Source of the DNA: Armatimonadota bacterium
Lineage (GTDB): Bacteria; Armatimonadota; SYMT01
Length of the DNA stretch: 64,000 bases
Direction of reading: 5' to 3'
Assembly (NCBI GenBank): GCA_041690135.1
Contig: JAWLHY010000001.1
Coordinates: 640,001 to 704,000 of the forward strand
Below, piece after piece: positions 7,987-17,907 of this stretch; position 1 is the first letter of the stretch, and each line of letters begins with the position of its first letter. The notes beneath the pieces were generated by a model. The model searched no databases and was not told where the DNA came from. It saw only the letters and a program-made list of their open reading frames with translations. The position numbers were made by a program, and so were the translations under genes.

Positions 7987-8952
7987 ATGAAGCGACCCGC
8001 CTCCCAGCAGAACTCCCATTCAACCCGTTTCCACCGGTGCCCCAGTTGTCGCTACTGGGTGACCCCGGCGGACCCGCACTGCGCCAACTGCGGACGCGTG
8101 CACCCGTTCCCGCGGGCGGCGGATGCATGGCGCGGCCTGGCGGAAGGCTTTGTGGGAGGTGGCCTTCTACTCGCATTCTTTGCCGCGATGGTAGGGGTAT
8201 CGAGTGGGGAACTCGCAGTCCCCTTCATGTTCGGGGCGATTGTGGGAGCGCCGGTGGGGGTTGCGCTGGATGCGGCCTATGCCGATGCCAAACGGAATAG
8301 GGACTGCCTGCAGCAGTACGAGCGGACGATCAAGCTCCGCTTGAAGGAGATCGACCGCGTTCTGAACCGGATCGAGACGATTCGTAAACGCTTGGGCCCG
8401 ACGCCCGCTCCGGAACTGCGCAAGGTGGCGGAGGCGCTCGATGCCGCCGAGCGGATCTATCCCGCCCACCGGGACCGCTACCGGATCAAGCTGTTCGAGA
8501 TCGACTTGGTCCGCTGGATGAATGCCGTGGAGCCCTACGGCTACGGTGGGGAGGGCCTGTCCTTTGAAGGGTGCGAGCGCCGGTTGACGGACCTGGCAAC
8601 CCTGCAGCAGCGCGGGGAGGATCTGCGGAGCAGCCTGAGCCAGTCGGGAATCGCCGCCGAGGTCCGGATCCCGTTCGCCGCCCGGTTGGAACAGGGGTTG
8701 GCCCTGTGCGAGCGGTTCCGGCAGAGCCTGATCACCCGGCAGACGCTGACCGTGGTGGCCGGCGCCAGTGCCGTGCGGGAAGACGCCGCTCTTGCCGGAA
8801 CCCCACCCGTGGAGGACCGCCTGAACGATATGGGCGCCCGGGCCGAGATCGGCCAGTTTGCCCAGGGGCTTTCGACGTTGGAAGCGGAGCATGCCCGGAT
8901 CGAGGCGGAGTTGGAGGTTTCACAATTAACCCTCGGTGCGGGGAGAGGGTAA
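7987..8952 (+). CDS. Hypothetical protein: zinc ribbon, two TM helices, coiled-coil C-terminus
   Basis: CPSC...HCANCG followed by hydrophobic segments and a helical region; start taken at ATG 7987. Confidence 0.7.
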   Translation: MKRPASQQNSHSTRFHRCPSCRYWVTPADPHCANCGRVHPFPRAADAWRGLAEGFVGGGLLLAFFAAMVGVSSGELAVPFMFGAIVGAPVGVALDAAYADAKRNRDCLQQYERTIKLRLKEIDRVLNRIETIRKRLGPTPAPELRKVAEALDAAERIYPAHRDRYRIKLFEIDLVRWMNAVEPYGYGGEGLSFEGCERRLTDLATLQQRGEDLRSSLSQSGIAAEVRIPFAARLEQGLALCERFRQSLITRQTLTVVAGASAVREDAALAGTPPVEDRLNDMGARAEIGQFAQGLSTLEAEHARIEAELEVSQLTLGAGRG

Positions 8953-9010
8953 AAAGAAGAAACCGGGAGCCTGGATGTGCTCTCCCATTCGTCTGGGAGT
9001 CACACGTTTT

Positions 9011-10426
9011 ATGGCACACAGCACACAGGTCATTCCACATTTCCACCGCGGCGGCATGCTGCGTCGCGAGCTTCTCCAAGTCGGCATGCTGGGCGCGATG
9101 GGCGTCTCCATGGCGGGAGTCTTCGGCGCCCGGCCCGCCCGCGCCTCCGCCCTGGGAAAAGGGATCCCCGCCAAGGCCAAAGGGGTGATCCTCATCTGGA
9201 TGCCGGGCGGCCCGCCACAGATGCAGTTCTGGGACCCGAAGCCCGACTCCCCCGCCGAGTGTCGGGGCACGGCGAAACCGATCAAGACCACGGCCGACGG
9301 AATCCAGATCGGCGCCCGGCTGCCGATGACCGCGAAGCAGGGCCACAATTTCGCGCTGATCCGCAGCCTGACGCTGAACGCAGAAGACGACAACCACCTG
9401 TTGGGCGACCAGAAGATCCTTTCCGCGGTCGACAAGACGCCGCCGAACTTCAAGGTCTTCATGAACCGCGACGAGCCTCCTTCGATGGGCTCGGTGATCA
9501 CCTACCACAAGCCAAATACCACGGGCCTGCCCACGGCGGTCCACGTGCCCTACTGTGTGCGGTTTACGAACCAGCCGGTGGTGGGGGAGTGCGCGGGCTG
9601 GCTCGGCAGCAAGTACGACCCGTGGCTCACCGAAGGGGACCCCAACAAGCCGGATTACCGCGTGCCGGACCTGCTTCCGGCGCCCGGGTTCACGGTGGAC
9701 CGCCTCGGCAATCGCCAGAAGCTGCTGCAATCGATCGACTCTTACCGTGCCGACTTGGACCGCGACCTGAGCGTGCGCCAGTTGACCGATGCCCAGAAGC
9801 GGGCCTTCGACGTGACGACTTCCGCGGAGACACGCCTGGCCTTCGACCTGACGCGAGAGCCGGATAAGCTGCGTGAGCGGTACGGCCGCCACATCTGGGG
9901 GCAATCGATGTTGCTGGCGCGGCGCCTGTCGCAGGCGGGCGTGAAGTTCGTCCAGGTGAACCTGGGCGACCACGTGAACTACTGGGACTACCACAACGCC
10001 GAGGACACGAGCATGGACGCGCACTGCCCGCCGTTCGACCGGGCCTTCAGCGCGCTGCTGGAGGACCTGGACCAGCAGGGGATGCTGGACGAGACGCTGG
10101 TCCTCTGTCTCAGCGAGATGGGCCGGAACCCGATACTGGGGCGTTCCGTTGCGGGCGCGGCGGCGAATGCGGCGACGCCGAACGGCCGCAACCACTGGCA
10201 GTGGTGCTGGACCGGCGTGATTGCCGGCGGCGGGGTGCGCGGGGGGACCGTGGTCGGCGAGAGCGACGAATGGGCCGGCTATGTGAAGACGGACGCTATC
10301 TATCCTTCGGACCTGGGCGCCACGGTGTTCCATGCGATGGGGATCGACCCCCACGGCATGGTGAACGACATCCAGGGCCGGCCGGTGTACTTCAACGACG
10401 GCGAGGTGATCGCGGACCTGTTCTGA
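9011..10426 (+). CDS. DUF1501 domain protein
   Basis: RRELLQVG leader, ILIWMPGGPPQ..WDPKP, ERYG..GQSMLLARRL, SEMGRNP, GRNHW, GGGVRGG. Confidence 0.93.
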   Translation: MAHSTQVIPHFHRGGMLRRELLQVGMLGAMGVSMAGVFGARPARASALGKGIPAKAKGVILIWMPGGPPQMQFWDPKPDSPAECRGTAKPIKTTADGIQIGARLPMTAKQGHNFALIRSLTLNAEDDNHLLGDQKILSAVDKTPPNFKVFMNRDEPPSMGSVITYHKPNTTGLPTAVHVPYCVRFTNQPVVGECAGWLGSKYDPWLTEGDPNKPDYRVPDLLPAPGFTVDRLGNRQKLLQSIDSYRADLDRDLSVRQLTDAQKRAFDVTTSAETRLAFDLTREPDKLRERYGRHIWGQSMLLARRLSQAGVKFVQVNLGDHVNYWDYHNAEDTSMDAHCPPFDRAFSALLEDLDQQGMLDETLVLCLSEMGRNPILGRSVAGAAANAATPNGRNHWQWCWTGVIAGGGVRGGTVVGESDEWAGYVKTDAIYPSDLGATVFHAMGIDPHGMVNDIQGRPVYFNDGEVIADLF

Positions 10427-10432
10427 TCCCCC

Positions 10433-11275
10433 TTAACGCAGCCCCAGCACCCGCAGGGGATCTCGCTCCAGAATTCCATCGATCACCGCGGCGGGCACCT
10501 TCGGCATGGGGGTGCCCTCCACGATGGCGTTGACGCGACGCAGGCCGTCGGCGGTGGCTTCCGGGGTGAAGAACGGGAAGTCGCTGCCGAAGAGCAGCTT
10601 GTCCGCCACGCCGTACTCGACGCAGGTGATCATCCCCTGGTAATACCGCCATGGCCGCCCGTGAAGCGCGCTGATGTCGGAATAGAGGTTCGGGTGCTTC
10701 CGGATCGTGACGGCGCACTCGGCCTCCCAGGGGTGGCCCAGGTGGGCCAGCACCATCTTGAGGTCGGGGAAGCGGATCGCGACCTCGTCGAGTTGGATCG
10801 GCAGGGCGTACTTCAGGTGGGCCTGCTGCGGGAAGGTGGTCGCCTGGTGGATCATTACCGGGATGCCGTGCCGCTCCGCGTACTCGTAGACCGGATAGGC
10901 CGCCGGATCGTTGACGTCGTAGTTCTGGTAGATCGGTCCCAGCTTCAGCCCCGGTAGCCGCAGATCCTCGTGCGCCCGCTCCAACTCCTCACGGGCGCCG
11001 GGCTCCACCGGGTTGACGCTGGCGAACCCGAACCACCGGTCCGGAGCCTGCCGGCAGTAAGCGGCCAGATAGTCGTTGGGGACCACCACGTCGGAGTATG
11101 GCGCGTGGAAGCCCAGGACGATCGCCGCCTCCATCCCCGCCATCGCGGCCGTGTGCCGCTCGGGCGATACGTCCATGATCGCGTCGGTGGCGCCCCAGGC
11201 GCGGCGAGCTGACTCCATGAAGCGCGGGCCGATGTGCTCGCCCACCCGCCAGAGATGTGTGTGACCGTCGACCAT
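10433..11275 (-). CDS. Amidohydrolase family protein (amidohydro_2 type)
   Basis: VDGHTH metal motif, AHLGHPW, LLFGSDFPF. Confidence 0.92.
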   Translation of the reverse strand: MVDGHTHLWRVGEHIGPRFMESARRAWGATDAIMDVSPERHTAAMAGMEAAIVLGFHAPYSDVVVPNDYLAAYCRQAPDRWFGFASVNPVEPGAREELERAHEDLRLPGLKLGPIYQNYDVNDPAAYPVYEYAERHGIPVMIHQATTFPQQAHLKYALPIQLDEVAIRFPDLKMVLAHLGHPWEAECAVTIRKHPNLYSDISALHGRPWRYYQGMITCVEYGVADKLLFGSDFPFFTPEATADGLRRVNAIVEGTPMPKVPAAVIDGILERDPLRVLGLR

Positions 11276-11490
11276 TGAGATTGAATTCCCAGGAGATTGC
11301 CCGCGAGCCTGCCTGTATGGGAACACGCAGCATGAAGCGGAAAGGAAGCCGGACAGGCCGGCCTGCGATAGGGACCAGGGTAAGGGTATCTCGTCTTGAA
11401 TCGGTGCGGGGGCATGACTGCGGTGGGGCGGACGTCTATCCCGTCTCGCCGGGCGGCTCCCAATTTCCGCTGAATTGGAGAACTCACTTC

Positions 11491-12225
11491 ATGTTGAGTG
11501 AAGACCAGAGAACTGCCTACCGGGAGCGAGGGTATGTCACCGTGCCGGGGCTGTTCAGCGAGGCAGAGTTGGCGCCGGTGGACCGCTTCCTCCGCGAGCA
11601 CGAGCACGTGCGGTGGGAGCACAAGAACGACGATCCTCTGCGGGAGGCGCATTACCATTTCCGGCCGATCTACGATCTGTGCACCGCACCGAAACTCCTG
11701 GACGTGATCGAGGCGCTGCTCGGGCCGGACCTCGTCCTGCTCTATTCCCACATCCTGAATAAGGCGCCGGGCGGTCTGCGCGTGGCCTGGCACCAGGACG
11801 GCCCCTACTGGCACCGGGTTGAGCCGAAGATCGCGGTTACGGCCTGGGTTGCGCTGGACGACGCCACCCGGGAGAACGGCTGCATGCGCGTGATCCCCGG
11901 TACCCACCGGGGCCATCGCGACCTGGGGCAGGTGCAAACCGAGACGCCCGACCTCATCCAGGCGCGGCCCTACGAGCTTTCTCCGGCCGTAGTGGACGAA
12001 TCCAGGGCCGAGTACGTCATCATGAAGCGCGGGGACGTTTCCCTCCACGACTCCTATCTGATCCACGGCTCCGAGCCGAACCGGTCGGGGTTCCGGCGGG
12101 CCGCACTGACTATCCGGTATGTGCCTCCATCGACCCGGATCCAGGATCAGCCCGACCGCCGGCAGTACCTGGTGCGCGGTCGGGCCATGGCGAATGGGAA
12201 CGTCTACCATACATTTGGGGTGTGA
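11491..12225 (+). CDS. Phytanoyl-CoA dioxygenase (PhyH) family Fe(II)/2OG enzyme
   Basis: WHQD, WVALDDATRENGCMRVIPGTH, HGSEPNRS motifs. Confidence 0.93.
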   Translation: MLSEDQRTAYRERGYVTVPGLFSEAELAPVDRFLREHEHVRWEHKNDDPLREAHYHFRPIYDLCTAPKLLDVIEALLGPDLVLLYSHILNKAPGGLRVAWHQDGPYWHRVEPKIAVTAWVALDDATRENGCMRVIPGTHRGHRDLGQVQTETPDLIQARPYELSPAVVDESRAEYVIMKRGDVSLHDSYLIHGSEPNRSGFRRAALTIRYVPPSTRIQDQPDRRQYLVRGRAMANGNVYHTFGV

Positions 12226-12230
12226 GAAGC

Positions 12231-13229
12231 ATGGAATTTGAACTCGAAGTAAGAACTGCGGTGGAAGCGGTGCGGCAGGCGAGCCGCCTGTGCCGGGAAG
12301 TGCGTGCGACGCTGGTGACGGACGAGACGGTGGCGAAGAAGGACAAGTCGCCGGTGACGATTGCGGACTACGGGGCGCAGGCGCTGGTGAGCCTGGTGCT
12401 CGGCAAGGCCTTTCCGCAGGATCCCATCGTGGGCGAGGAGAGCGCGGACGAACTCCGGGAGAACGTGACGATGCGGGAGCGGGTCCTGGCCTGCGCCCAT
12501 TCCCAGCGCACGGACGTGACGGAAGAGCAGGTGCTCGGCGCCATCGACCGCTGCACGCACGCCGGCGGACCCACGGGGCGGTTCTGGACCGTTGACCCCA
12601 TCGATGGGACCAAGGGTTTCTTGCGCAACGAGCAGTATGCCGTGGCGCTGGCGCTGATCGTGGATGGCGAGGTGAAGTTGGGCGTGCTGGGCTGTCCGAA
12701 CCTTTCAGTCTCGAGTGACGGAAGTGGAGAAGCCGGAGCGCTGTTCGTCGCGGTGCGCGGGCAGGGCGCCAGCGTGCAGCCGCTGGAAGGCGGCTCCCCG
12801 GTGCCGGTCCGGGTTAGCGGGCGGACCGAAGCGGGTGAGGCCATCGTCTGCGAGTCGGTCGAGTCAGGCCATTCCTCCCACTCGGACTCGGCGCGGATTG
12901 CGGACTTGCTCGGCATCCGCCAGGCGCCGCGCCGGCTCGATAGCCAGGCGAAATATGCCGTGGTGGGACGCGGAGAGGCGGACATTTACCTTCGCCTGCC
13001 CACCATCGCGGGCTACCAGGAGAAGATCTGGGACCATGCCGCCGGAGCGATCCTCATCGAAGAGGCGGGCGGCACGGTAACGGACGTTCGGGGCAAACCG
13101 CTGGACTTTTCCCAGGGCCGAACTTTGGCGGCCAATACGGGGGTGGTGGCGACTAACGGCCCGCTCCACGCGGAAGTGGTGCGCGTGGTGCAGGAAGTTC
13201 TGGCGCCGAAGTTGTCCGAAGGCGGTTAA
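12231..13229 (+). CDS. 3'(2'),5'-bisphosphate nucleotidase (HAL2/CysQ-like)
   Basis: KDKSPVTIADY, GEE, DPIDGTKGF, DSQAKY, EKIWDHAAG. Confidence 0.92.
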   Translation: MEFELEVRTAVEAVRQASRLCREVRATLVTDETVAKKDKSPVTIADYGAQALVSLVLGKAFPQDPIVGEESADELRENVTMRERVLACAHSQRTDVTEEQVLGAIDRCTHAGGPTGRFWTVDPIDGTKGFLRNEQYAVALALIVDGEVKLGVLGCPNLSVSSDGSGEAGALFVAVRGQGASVQPLEGGSPVPVRVSGRTEAGEAIVCESVESGHSSHSDSARIADLLGIRQAPRRLDSQAKYAVVGRGEADIYLRLPTIAGYQEKIWDHAAGAILIEEAGGTVTDVRGKPLDFSQGRTLAANTGVVATNGPLHAEVVRVVQEVLAPKLSEGG

Positions 13230-13304
13230 CGGCGTTTGTTGGTTGTGCCCAAGGTGCCCTCACCCCCATGTGCGTTAACTATGGCGGGTGCGGTGCCCAA
13301 AGTG

Positions 13305-13360
13305 CCCTCACCCCCGCCACCCAGAGGGTGCCCGGCTCTCCCACGCTGCGGGAGAGGGGA
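13305..13360. repeat. CCCTCACCC...CTCTCCC/GGGAGAGGG palindromic repeat (family E), copy 1
   Basis: CTCTCCCACGCTGCGGGAGAGGGG (13336-13359) identical to 49118-49141; lies between convergent genes. Confidence 0.8.
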
Positions 13361-13512
13361 GCCCGTGACCAGAACCTGGTAGTTCCAGCAGTTCGGAAAG
13401 GCCGTTATCAAGGCGGTGTCACTGTAAATTGAGGTTCGGCGGGGCGGGTTCCGATACGTGAGGTCTCGCGTCGGACCGGGCGCACGGCTGCGCCCGCGCT
13501 CCCGGTTTTCGT

Positions 13513-14253
13513 TTACTTCGACAGGTCCTTCACGCGGATCTTGCGGTAGCGGACGAATTGTTTGGTGAAGTCGCCGCCGCCGTGGACCTGGAGGGCGATG
13601 GAGCCGGTGTCGGGGTGGCGCTTCTCCCCGTCCGTGAACTCCATGATCTTGACGTCGTTGATCCAGGTCTGGATGTGGGGCGGGTTGCCGACGATGCGGG
13701 CGCGGAGACGGTTCCATTTGCCCGGCTTCCACAGCTTCTTCCAGCCTTCCGCGGTTACGGGGCAGGGGTAGGGGGCATCGGTCTTCACCTGGATCTGGTC
13801 GGGGGAGTCCAGCAGATCGAAGTTGCGGACGTGGATGCCGCCGGAGAGACCCTCTCCGTAGATGCCCATCAGGTTACCGCCGCCGTGGTAATCGATCATC
13901 GCCTGGTAGGCCTGCCCCTTCTCGTTGCTGCGGAGGAACAGTCCGCTGTCCGGCCCGTAGTCGTTGTTCATTTCCAACTCGACTTCGAAATCGCCGTACT
14001 GGCGATCGGTGAGGACGATACCGCCGTTGGCGGGGATGTCCTGGCAGCCGACGATGGCGCCGTTCTCCACGACCCACTTACCGCCGCTCTTGTTTCCGCT
14101 GGCCCGGCTGTGGCCGGTCTGGCTGCTCACGTGCCAGCCGGTGAGGGTCTTTCCGTCGAAGATGCGCTCGAACTTAGCGCGGGGGGCGGCGGAGGTGGGT
14201 AGGACGAACGGGATGGCGCCGAGCAGAACGAAAGGAAGAATTCTACGGATCAT
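13513..14253 (-). CDS. DUF1080 (3-keto-disaccharide hydrolase family) secreted protein
   Basis: Signal peptide MIRRILPF, IFDGKTLTGW, YGDFEVELE, DSGLFLR, GSIALQVHGG, YRKIRVK. Confidence 0.92.
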   Translation of the reverse strand: MIRRILPFVLLGAIPFVLPTSAAPRAKFERIFDGKTLTGWHVSSQTGHSRASGNKSGGKWVVENGAIVGCQDIPANGGIVLTDRQYGDFEVELEMNNDYGPDSGLFLRSNEKGQAYQAMIDYHGGGNLMGIYGEGLSGGIHVRNFDLLDSPDQIQVKTDAPYPCPVTAEGWKKLWKPGKWNRLRARIVGNPPHIQTWINDVKIMEFTDGEKRHPDTGSIALQVHGGGDFTKQFVRYRKIRVKDLSK

Positions 14254-14533
14254 AGGTTTCTCCGGTGGTGACGCGAGGAACGGAATCGCCGAGGTGCCAG
14301 ACGAAGCGGAAGGGGCCGGCGGGGTCGCGACGCTCACGCGTTCGGCATGAGGCGGTAATTCTCCTGTCGGCCTCGCCCGGCCGGCTGCTTCGAGGATCGA
14401 AGGTGACGGCGCATGGATGCGGTATTGCAGCACCGGGAAGGATTTCGCCCAACAGGCATCCAGGCGGGTATTCTTAACGGGGCAGGCCCGAGGGTAGGGG
14501 CGGCACCCTGTTGATCAAAGTTTCGGAGACTGA

Positions 14534-15364
14534 ATGATGAGGATTGTCTGTGCACTGGACGGCTCCCAGAGCGCGCTCACTGCGGGCCGCATGGTCGCAG
14601 CCCTACCGCTCACGCCGCAAGACGAGGTGATCGTGCTGACGGTGGCCACGCTCCTGGATATGTCGGGAGCCCAGGACGTTTCGGTGGAGGCGATGGAGGG
14701 AACGGCCGCGACGGTAAGGACCGAACAGCGGCAGGGGAACGCGGCGGACCAGATCCTCCGCTTTGCCGCGGAGACCCAGGCCGACCTGATCGTGATGGGG
14801 CATCGCGGGCATTCCGGACTGACCCGCCTGCTGCTGGGAAGCGTGGCCGAGCGGGTGGTCCGCCACGCGGGCTGTTCGGTGCTGATCGCGCGAGACGCCC
14901 GACCGCCGCAGCGGATCGTGCTGGGCACCGACGGATCGGGCGACGCGCGGCGGGCGGCGGAGTGGCTCCGGGATCTCCCCTTGCCCCGGCCGGTCGAGGC
15001 AAGTGTCGTAACGGTGATTCCGTTCACGGAAGACCTGGCCCGGGCCTACCGGATGCAGTTTCCGGCGAACAGTAACGAAGAGCAGATGCAAGCCTGGATC
15101 GATGAAGAGTTCCAGAAGGCGCGCGACCTGGTCAACGCGACGGCCGACCTTCTTAACGCGGGAGGGCTCCAGGCATCCGGAGAGGTCCGCCATGGGGACC
15201 CGGCCCAGGAATTGGTGAGCGCCGCGGAGGAGCATGGGGCGGACCTCCTGGTGATGGGGGCTGCCGGTCTCTCCGCCATGGAGCGGTTTTTCATGGGCAG
15301 CGTTACGGAGAAGGTCGTGCGGCACGCGCACTGTTCCGCGGCGGTCGTGCGGTCATCGGCCTAA
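14534..15364 (+). CDS. Tandem-domain universal stress protein
   Basis: Two USP domains: DGS..., GHRGHSG..LLGSVAERVV and GAAGLS..FMGSVTEKVV. Confidence 0.95.
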   Translation: MMRIVCALDGSQSALTAGRMVAALPLTPQDEVIVLTVATLLDMSGAQDVSVEAMEGTAATVRTEQRQGNAADQILRFAAETQADLIVMGHRGHSGLTRLLLGSVAERVVRHAGCSVLIARDARPPQRIVLGTDGSGDARRAAEWLRDLPLPRPVEASVVTVIPFTEDLARAYRMQFPANSNEEQMQAWIDEEFQKARDLVNATADLLNAGGLQASGEVRHGDPAQELVSAAEEHGADLLVMGAAGLSAMERFFMGSVTEKVVRHAHCSAAVVRSSA

Positions 15365-15590
15365 TGGGTCAGTGATCCCACGGAAACTTGAGGCCGGGCT
15401 GTTGGGCGTAGCGCTTCATCTTCAGGACGAGGCGCTCGCCGCAGCTCGGGGCGAGCCTGACCTCGAATGAGGTGGCCCTGACCGGAAAGCTGCGCTCACC
15501 GGCTTGAACCTGCGTGAGACGTCCCGGTGAACCTCTGGGTAAAGTGGCCTGGGGCCGCTTGTACCAGGGCGGGGAAAGGCAGCGGGAAGA

Positions 15591-15908
15591 ATGGGGGAGC
15601 TAGACCGGATTCACCATGTGGCGATCGCCGTTTCGGATATCGGAGCTTCGGTAGAGTGGTATCGTCAGCACTTCCGTTGCGAGGTTGCCTACCGTGACGA
15701 CACGTGGGCCCTGCTGCGCTTCGCCAATGCGAGCCTGGCGCTTGTCCTTCCAGAGCAGCACCCGCCGCACCTGGGGTTCGTCCATCCCGAAGCAGAGCGT
15801 TTCGGTCCGCTGAAGCCGCACCGGGATGGCACCGCCTCCGTCTACCTGCGAGACCCGGATGGAAACAACGTGGAGATACTCGCCCCGCACCCCTCGTTGG
15901 AGGAATGA
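15591..15908 (+). CDS. VOC/glyoxalase family protein
   Basis: IHHVAIAVSD, HLGF, YLRDPDGNNVE. Confidence 0.9.
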   Translation: MGELDRIHHVAIAVSDIGASVEWYRQHFRCEVAYRDDTWALLRFANASLALVLPEQHPPHLGFVHPEAERFGPLKPHRDGTASVYLRDPDGNNVEILAPHPSLEE

Positions 15909-16163
15909 AATCGACCGTTGGGAAAGGGTGAGACCCGTCCGAATAGGATGGTGGCCGGACTGTTCTCAAAGAGCGTGCCCGGCTGTTACTGACGCTGGCC
16001 CGGAGAATTCCGGGCCTTTTTTGTCGCCACTGGTAGGTTGATTGCCTCGCGGGTTCCGCTAGATGGGAGAGGGCGGAACTTCGGGTTTGTCGAGGAGGTG
16101 GCACCAACCGAGATCGAGTGCCGCGGGCTGATCCGGACATGCACGGTTCTGTCTCGCTGCCGC

Positions 16164-17558
16164 ATGAAAGCTGGCATGCATGCCGAGCCTCATCTTCAGC
16201 CGAATCCGGAGGGACGGGACAGGGATGAATTGTCCTGGGCGTCCCATCCATCCGCTCCAAATCCGCGCAGGACCGCCTGGATGGCGGTGCTGGTGCTGGT
16301 GGTGAGCGCCGGCGTGTTGTTTCGTGCCGTCCACACAACATCGTTCCACGGCGACGAGTCCGGGTGGATCACCAGCGGCTACTACTATACGCATCTGTTG
16401 CTTTCCGGGGACACCGAACTTCAGCGCTGGGAGGGCCGTTCCTGTGCCTCCTGGGGCTATCTGAACATGAACCTGGGGAAATGGCTGTTCGGCTTCCCAC
16501 TGGTCTTTCGGGCGTCCCGGGAGCAGCCGGAGTTCGGTGCGTTCTACGACTTCAATACCAGTCTGGAAGAGAACCGTCGACGCGGGTTGGTTCCACCTCG
16601 CCAGGCCCTGGAGACGGCTCGGATGGTCGCCGCAGCGTTCGGTGTGCTCTGCTGCCTGGCCTTGTTCGCCGCAGGTACCCTGGCGCTGAACGAGTGGGCG
16701 GGGCTCCTGGCTGTTGCGCTCACGCTCTCGCATCGTCTGTTCATCGTCAGCACCACTCGAGCAATGACGGACTCCGCCTACCTGTTCTTTCTGCTCGCCC
16801 TGGTCTTCTTTGCCGTCCGGTTCTGTCAGGCCGAACGGCGGAGCGAGGTGCTGAAAACTTCCCTTGGCTGCGGACTCTGCGCCGGGCTGGCGTGCTCCAT
16901 CAAGATCACCGGGTTGCCTCTGGGCGCCGCCGTCTTCGGGGGCTGCTGCTTGTATCGCCTGGTACAGGGCACGCTCAAAATGCGGTTGGTGGCCTTAGGC
17001 GGCGCCCTGGCGCTGGTGACATCGCTGCTCGTGGTGTATGCCCTTAATCCCTACTTCTGGCCCATCGTGGCGCCTCGCCAGGTTCGAGCCGGATTGACAA
17101 GCAATACCGTTTCGGCGGCCGGAGCTCAGAGTGGACTGGATTGGAACAGCTACCGCCGCTTTCCACGGCTGTTCGGTAAGTGGAAGCGGTACATGGATGG
17201 GCAACGAGCGGCGGGACAATCGCGCTGGACGGGTGACCGCCGGATCGAGCTTCACCGGAGCCTGTTGATCCGGTACGGCGGGATACCTGGAGAAGTCGCT
17301 TTGGTTCCCGTAGCGCTGTTGTTGGTCTTTTACCGGGCGGTGTGGGCGAAGGCCGGGGAAACAGTGGCCTGGTGGCCGGTCGCCTGGTTCTGCCTGGCTA
17401 ACTACCTGTTGATCCTGCTGTTCCTGGTCCACAACTGGGATCGGTACTACCTGCCTACGGTGATAGCCGGTCGGTTGGTGCTGGCGGTGGCAGCGGTATG
17501 GCTTGTCTCGCGTCCAGTTTGCATTCCCCGGATCGGAGCGGAGTCGCCCTCGGCGTGA
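16164..17558 (+). CDS. GT-C fold membrane glycosyltransferase (PMT/GT39-like)
   Basis: HGDE motif after first TM, multiple TM helices, AMTD, K-ITG, WDRYYLP; start uncertain (16164 or 16176). Confidence 0.75.
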   Translation: MKAGMHAEPHLQPNPEGRDRDELSWASHPSAPNPRRTAWMAVLVLVVSAGVLFRAVHTTSFHGDESGWITSGYYYTHLLLSGDTELQRWEGRSCASWGYLNMNLGKWLFGFPLVFRASREQPEFGAFYDFNTSLEENRRRGLVPPRQALETARMVAAAFGVLCCLALFAAGTLALNEWAGLLAVALTLSHRLFIVSTTRAMTDSAYLFFLLALVFFAVRFCQAERRSEVLKTSLGCGLCAGLACSIKITGLPLGAAVFGGCCLYRLVQGTLKMRLVALGGALALVTSLLVVYALNPYFWPIVAPRQVRAGLTSNTVSAAGAQSGLDWNSYRRFPRLFGKWKRYMDGQRAAGQSRWTGDRRIELHRSLLIRYGGIPGEVALVPVALLLVFYRAVWAKAGETVAWWPVAWFCLANYLLILLFLVHNWDRYYLPTVIAGRLVLAVAAVWLVSRPVCIPRIGAESPSA

Positions 17559-17700
17559 CGGGTGCGAACGCAGGACCTACCGTGGTGCCTTCCGGGTGCG
17601 CAGCTCCACCGTGTGCCGGGTCTGCTACCGGGGTGTACTCCGAGTGCACAGGCCGATTCCTGGTCGGCGGCAGCGAGCCGACCCTACCTTTACCGGTGCG
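17558..17700 (+). repeat. Family A composite repeat, copy 2
   Basis: 25-mers at 17576 and 17624, then CCTGGTCGGCGGCAGCGAGCCGACCCTAC. Confidence 0.8.
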
Positions 17701-17907
17701 GGAACTGTGTGCGACCCCTTTAGCAAGAGCTGTGCTCTCCGTGGCGCAAGGCGGATGCAGCCAATAGAAGCTCATGCTGCAATTGAAGCGTCAGGTGCGG
17801 GAATGTCGCTGCACGGGCGCGTGACCCTGCGGCATTCTGAGCCGTGACCTGCCGCCGCGGCACCCGGGAACCGCTTCTCCCACCGGTGCCAGAAGGGACA
17901 GAGGCTC

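Noticed and set aside
14511-14524. FNR/CRP site upstream of the USP gene
   Set aside because: Only a TTGAT half-site; the ATCAA half is not at the correct spacing.
15365-15590. Riboswitch or ncRNA upstream of the VOC gene
   Set aside because: No conserved riboswitch motif recognised; would need an Rfam scan.
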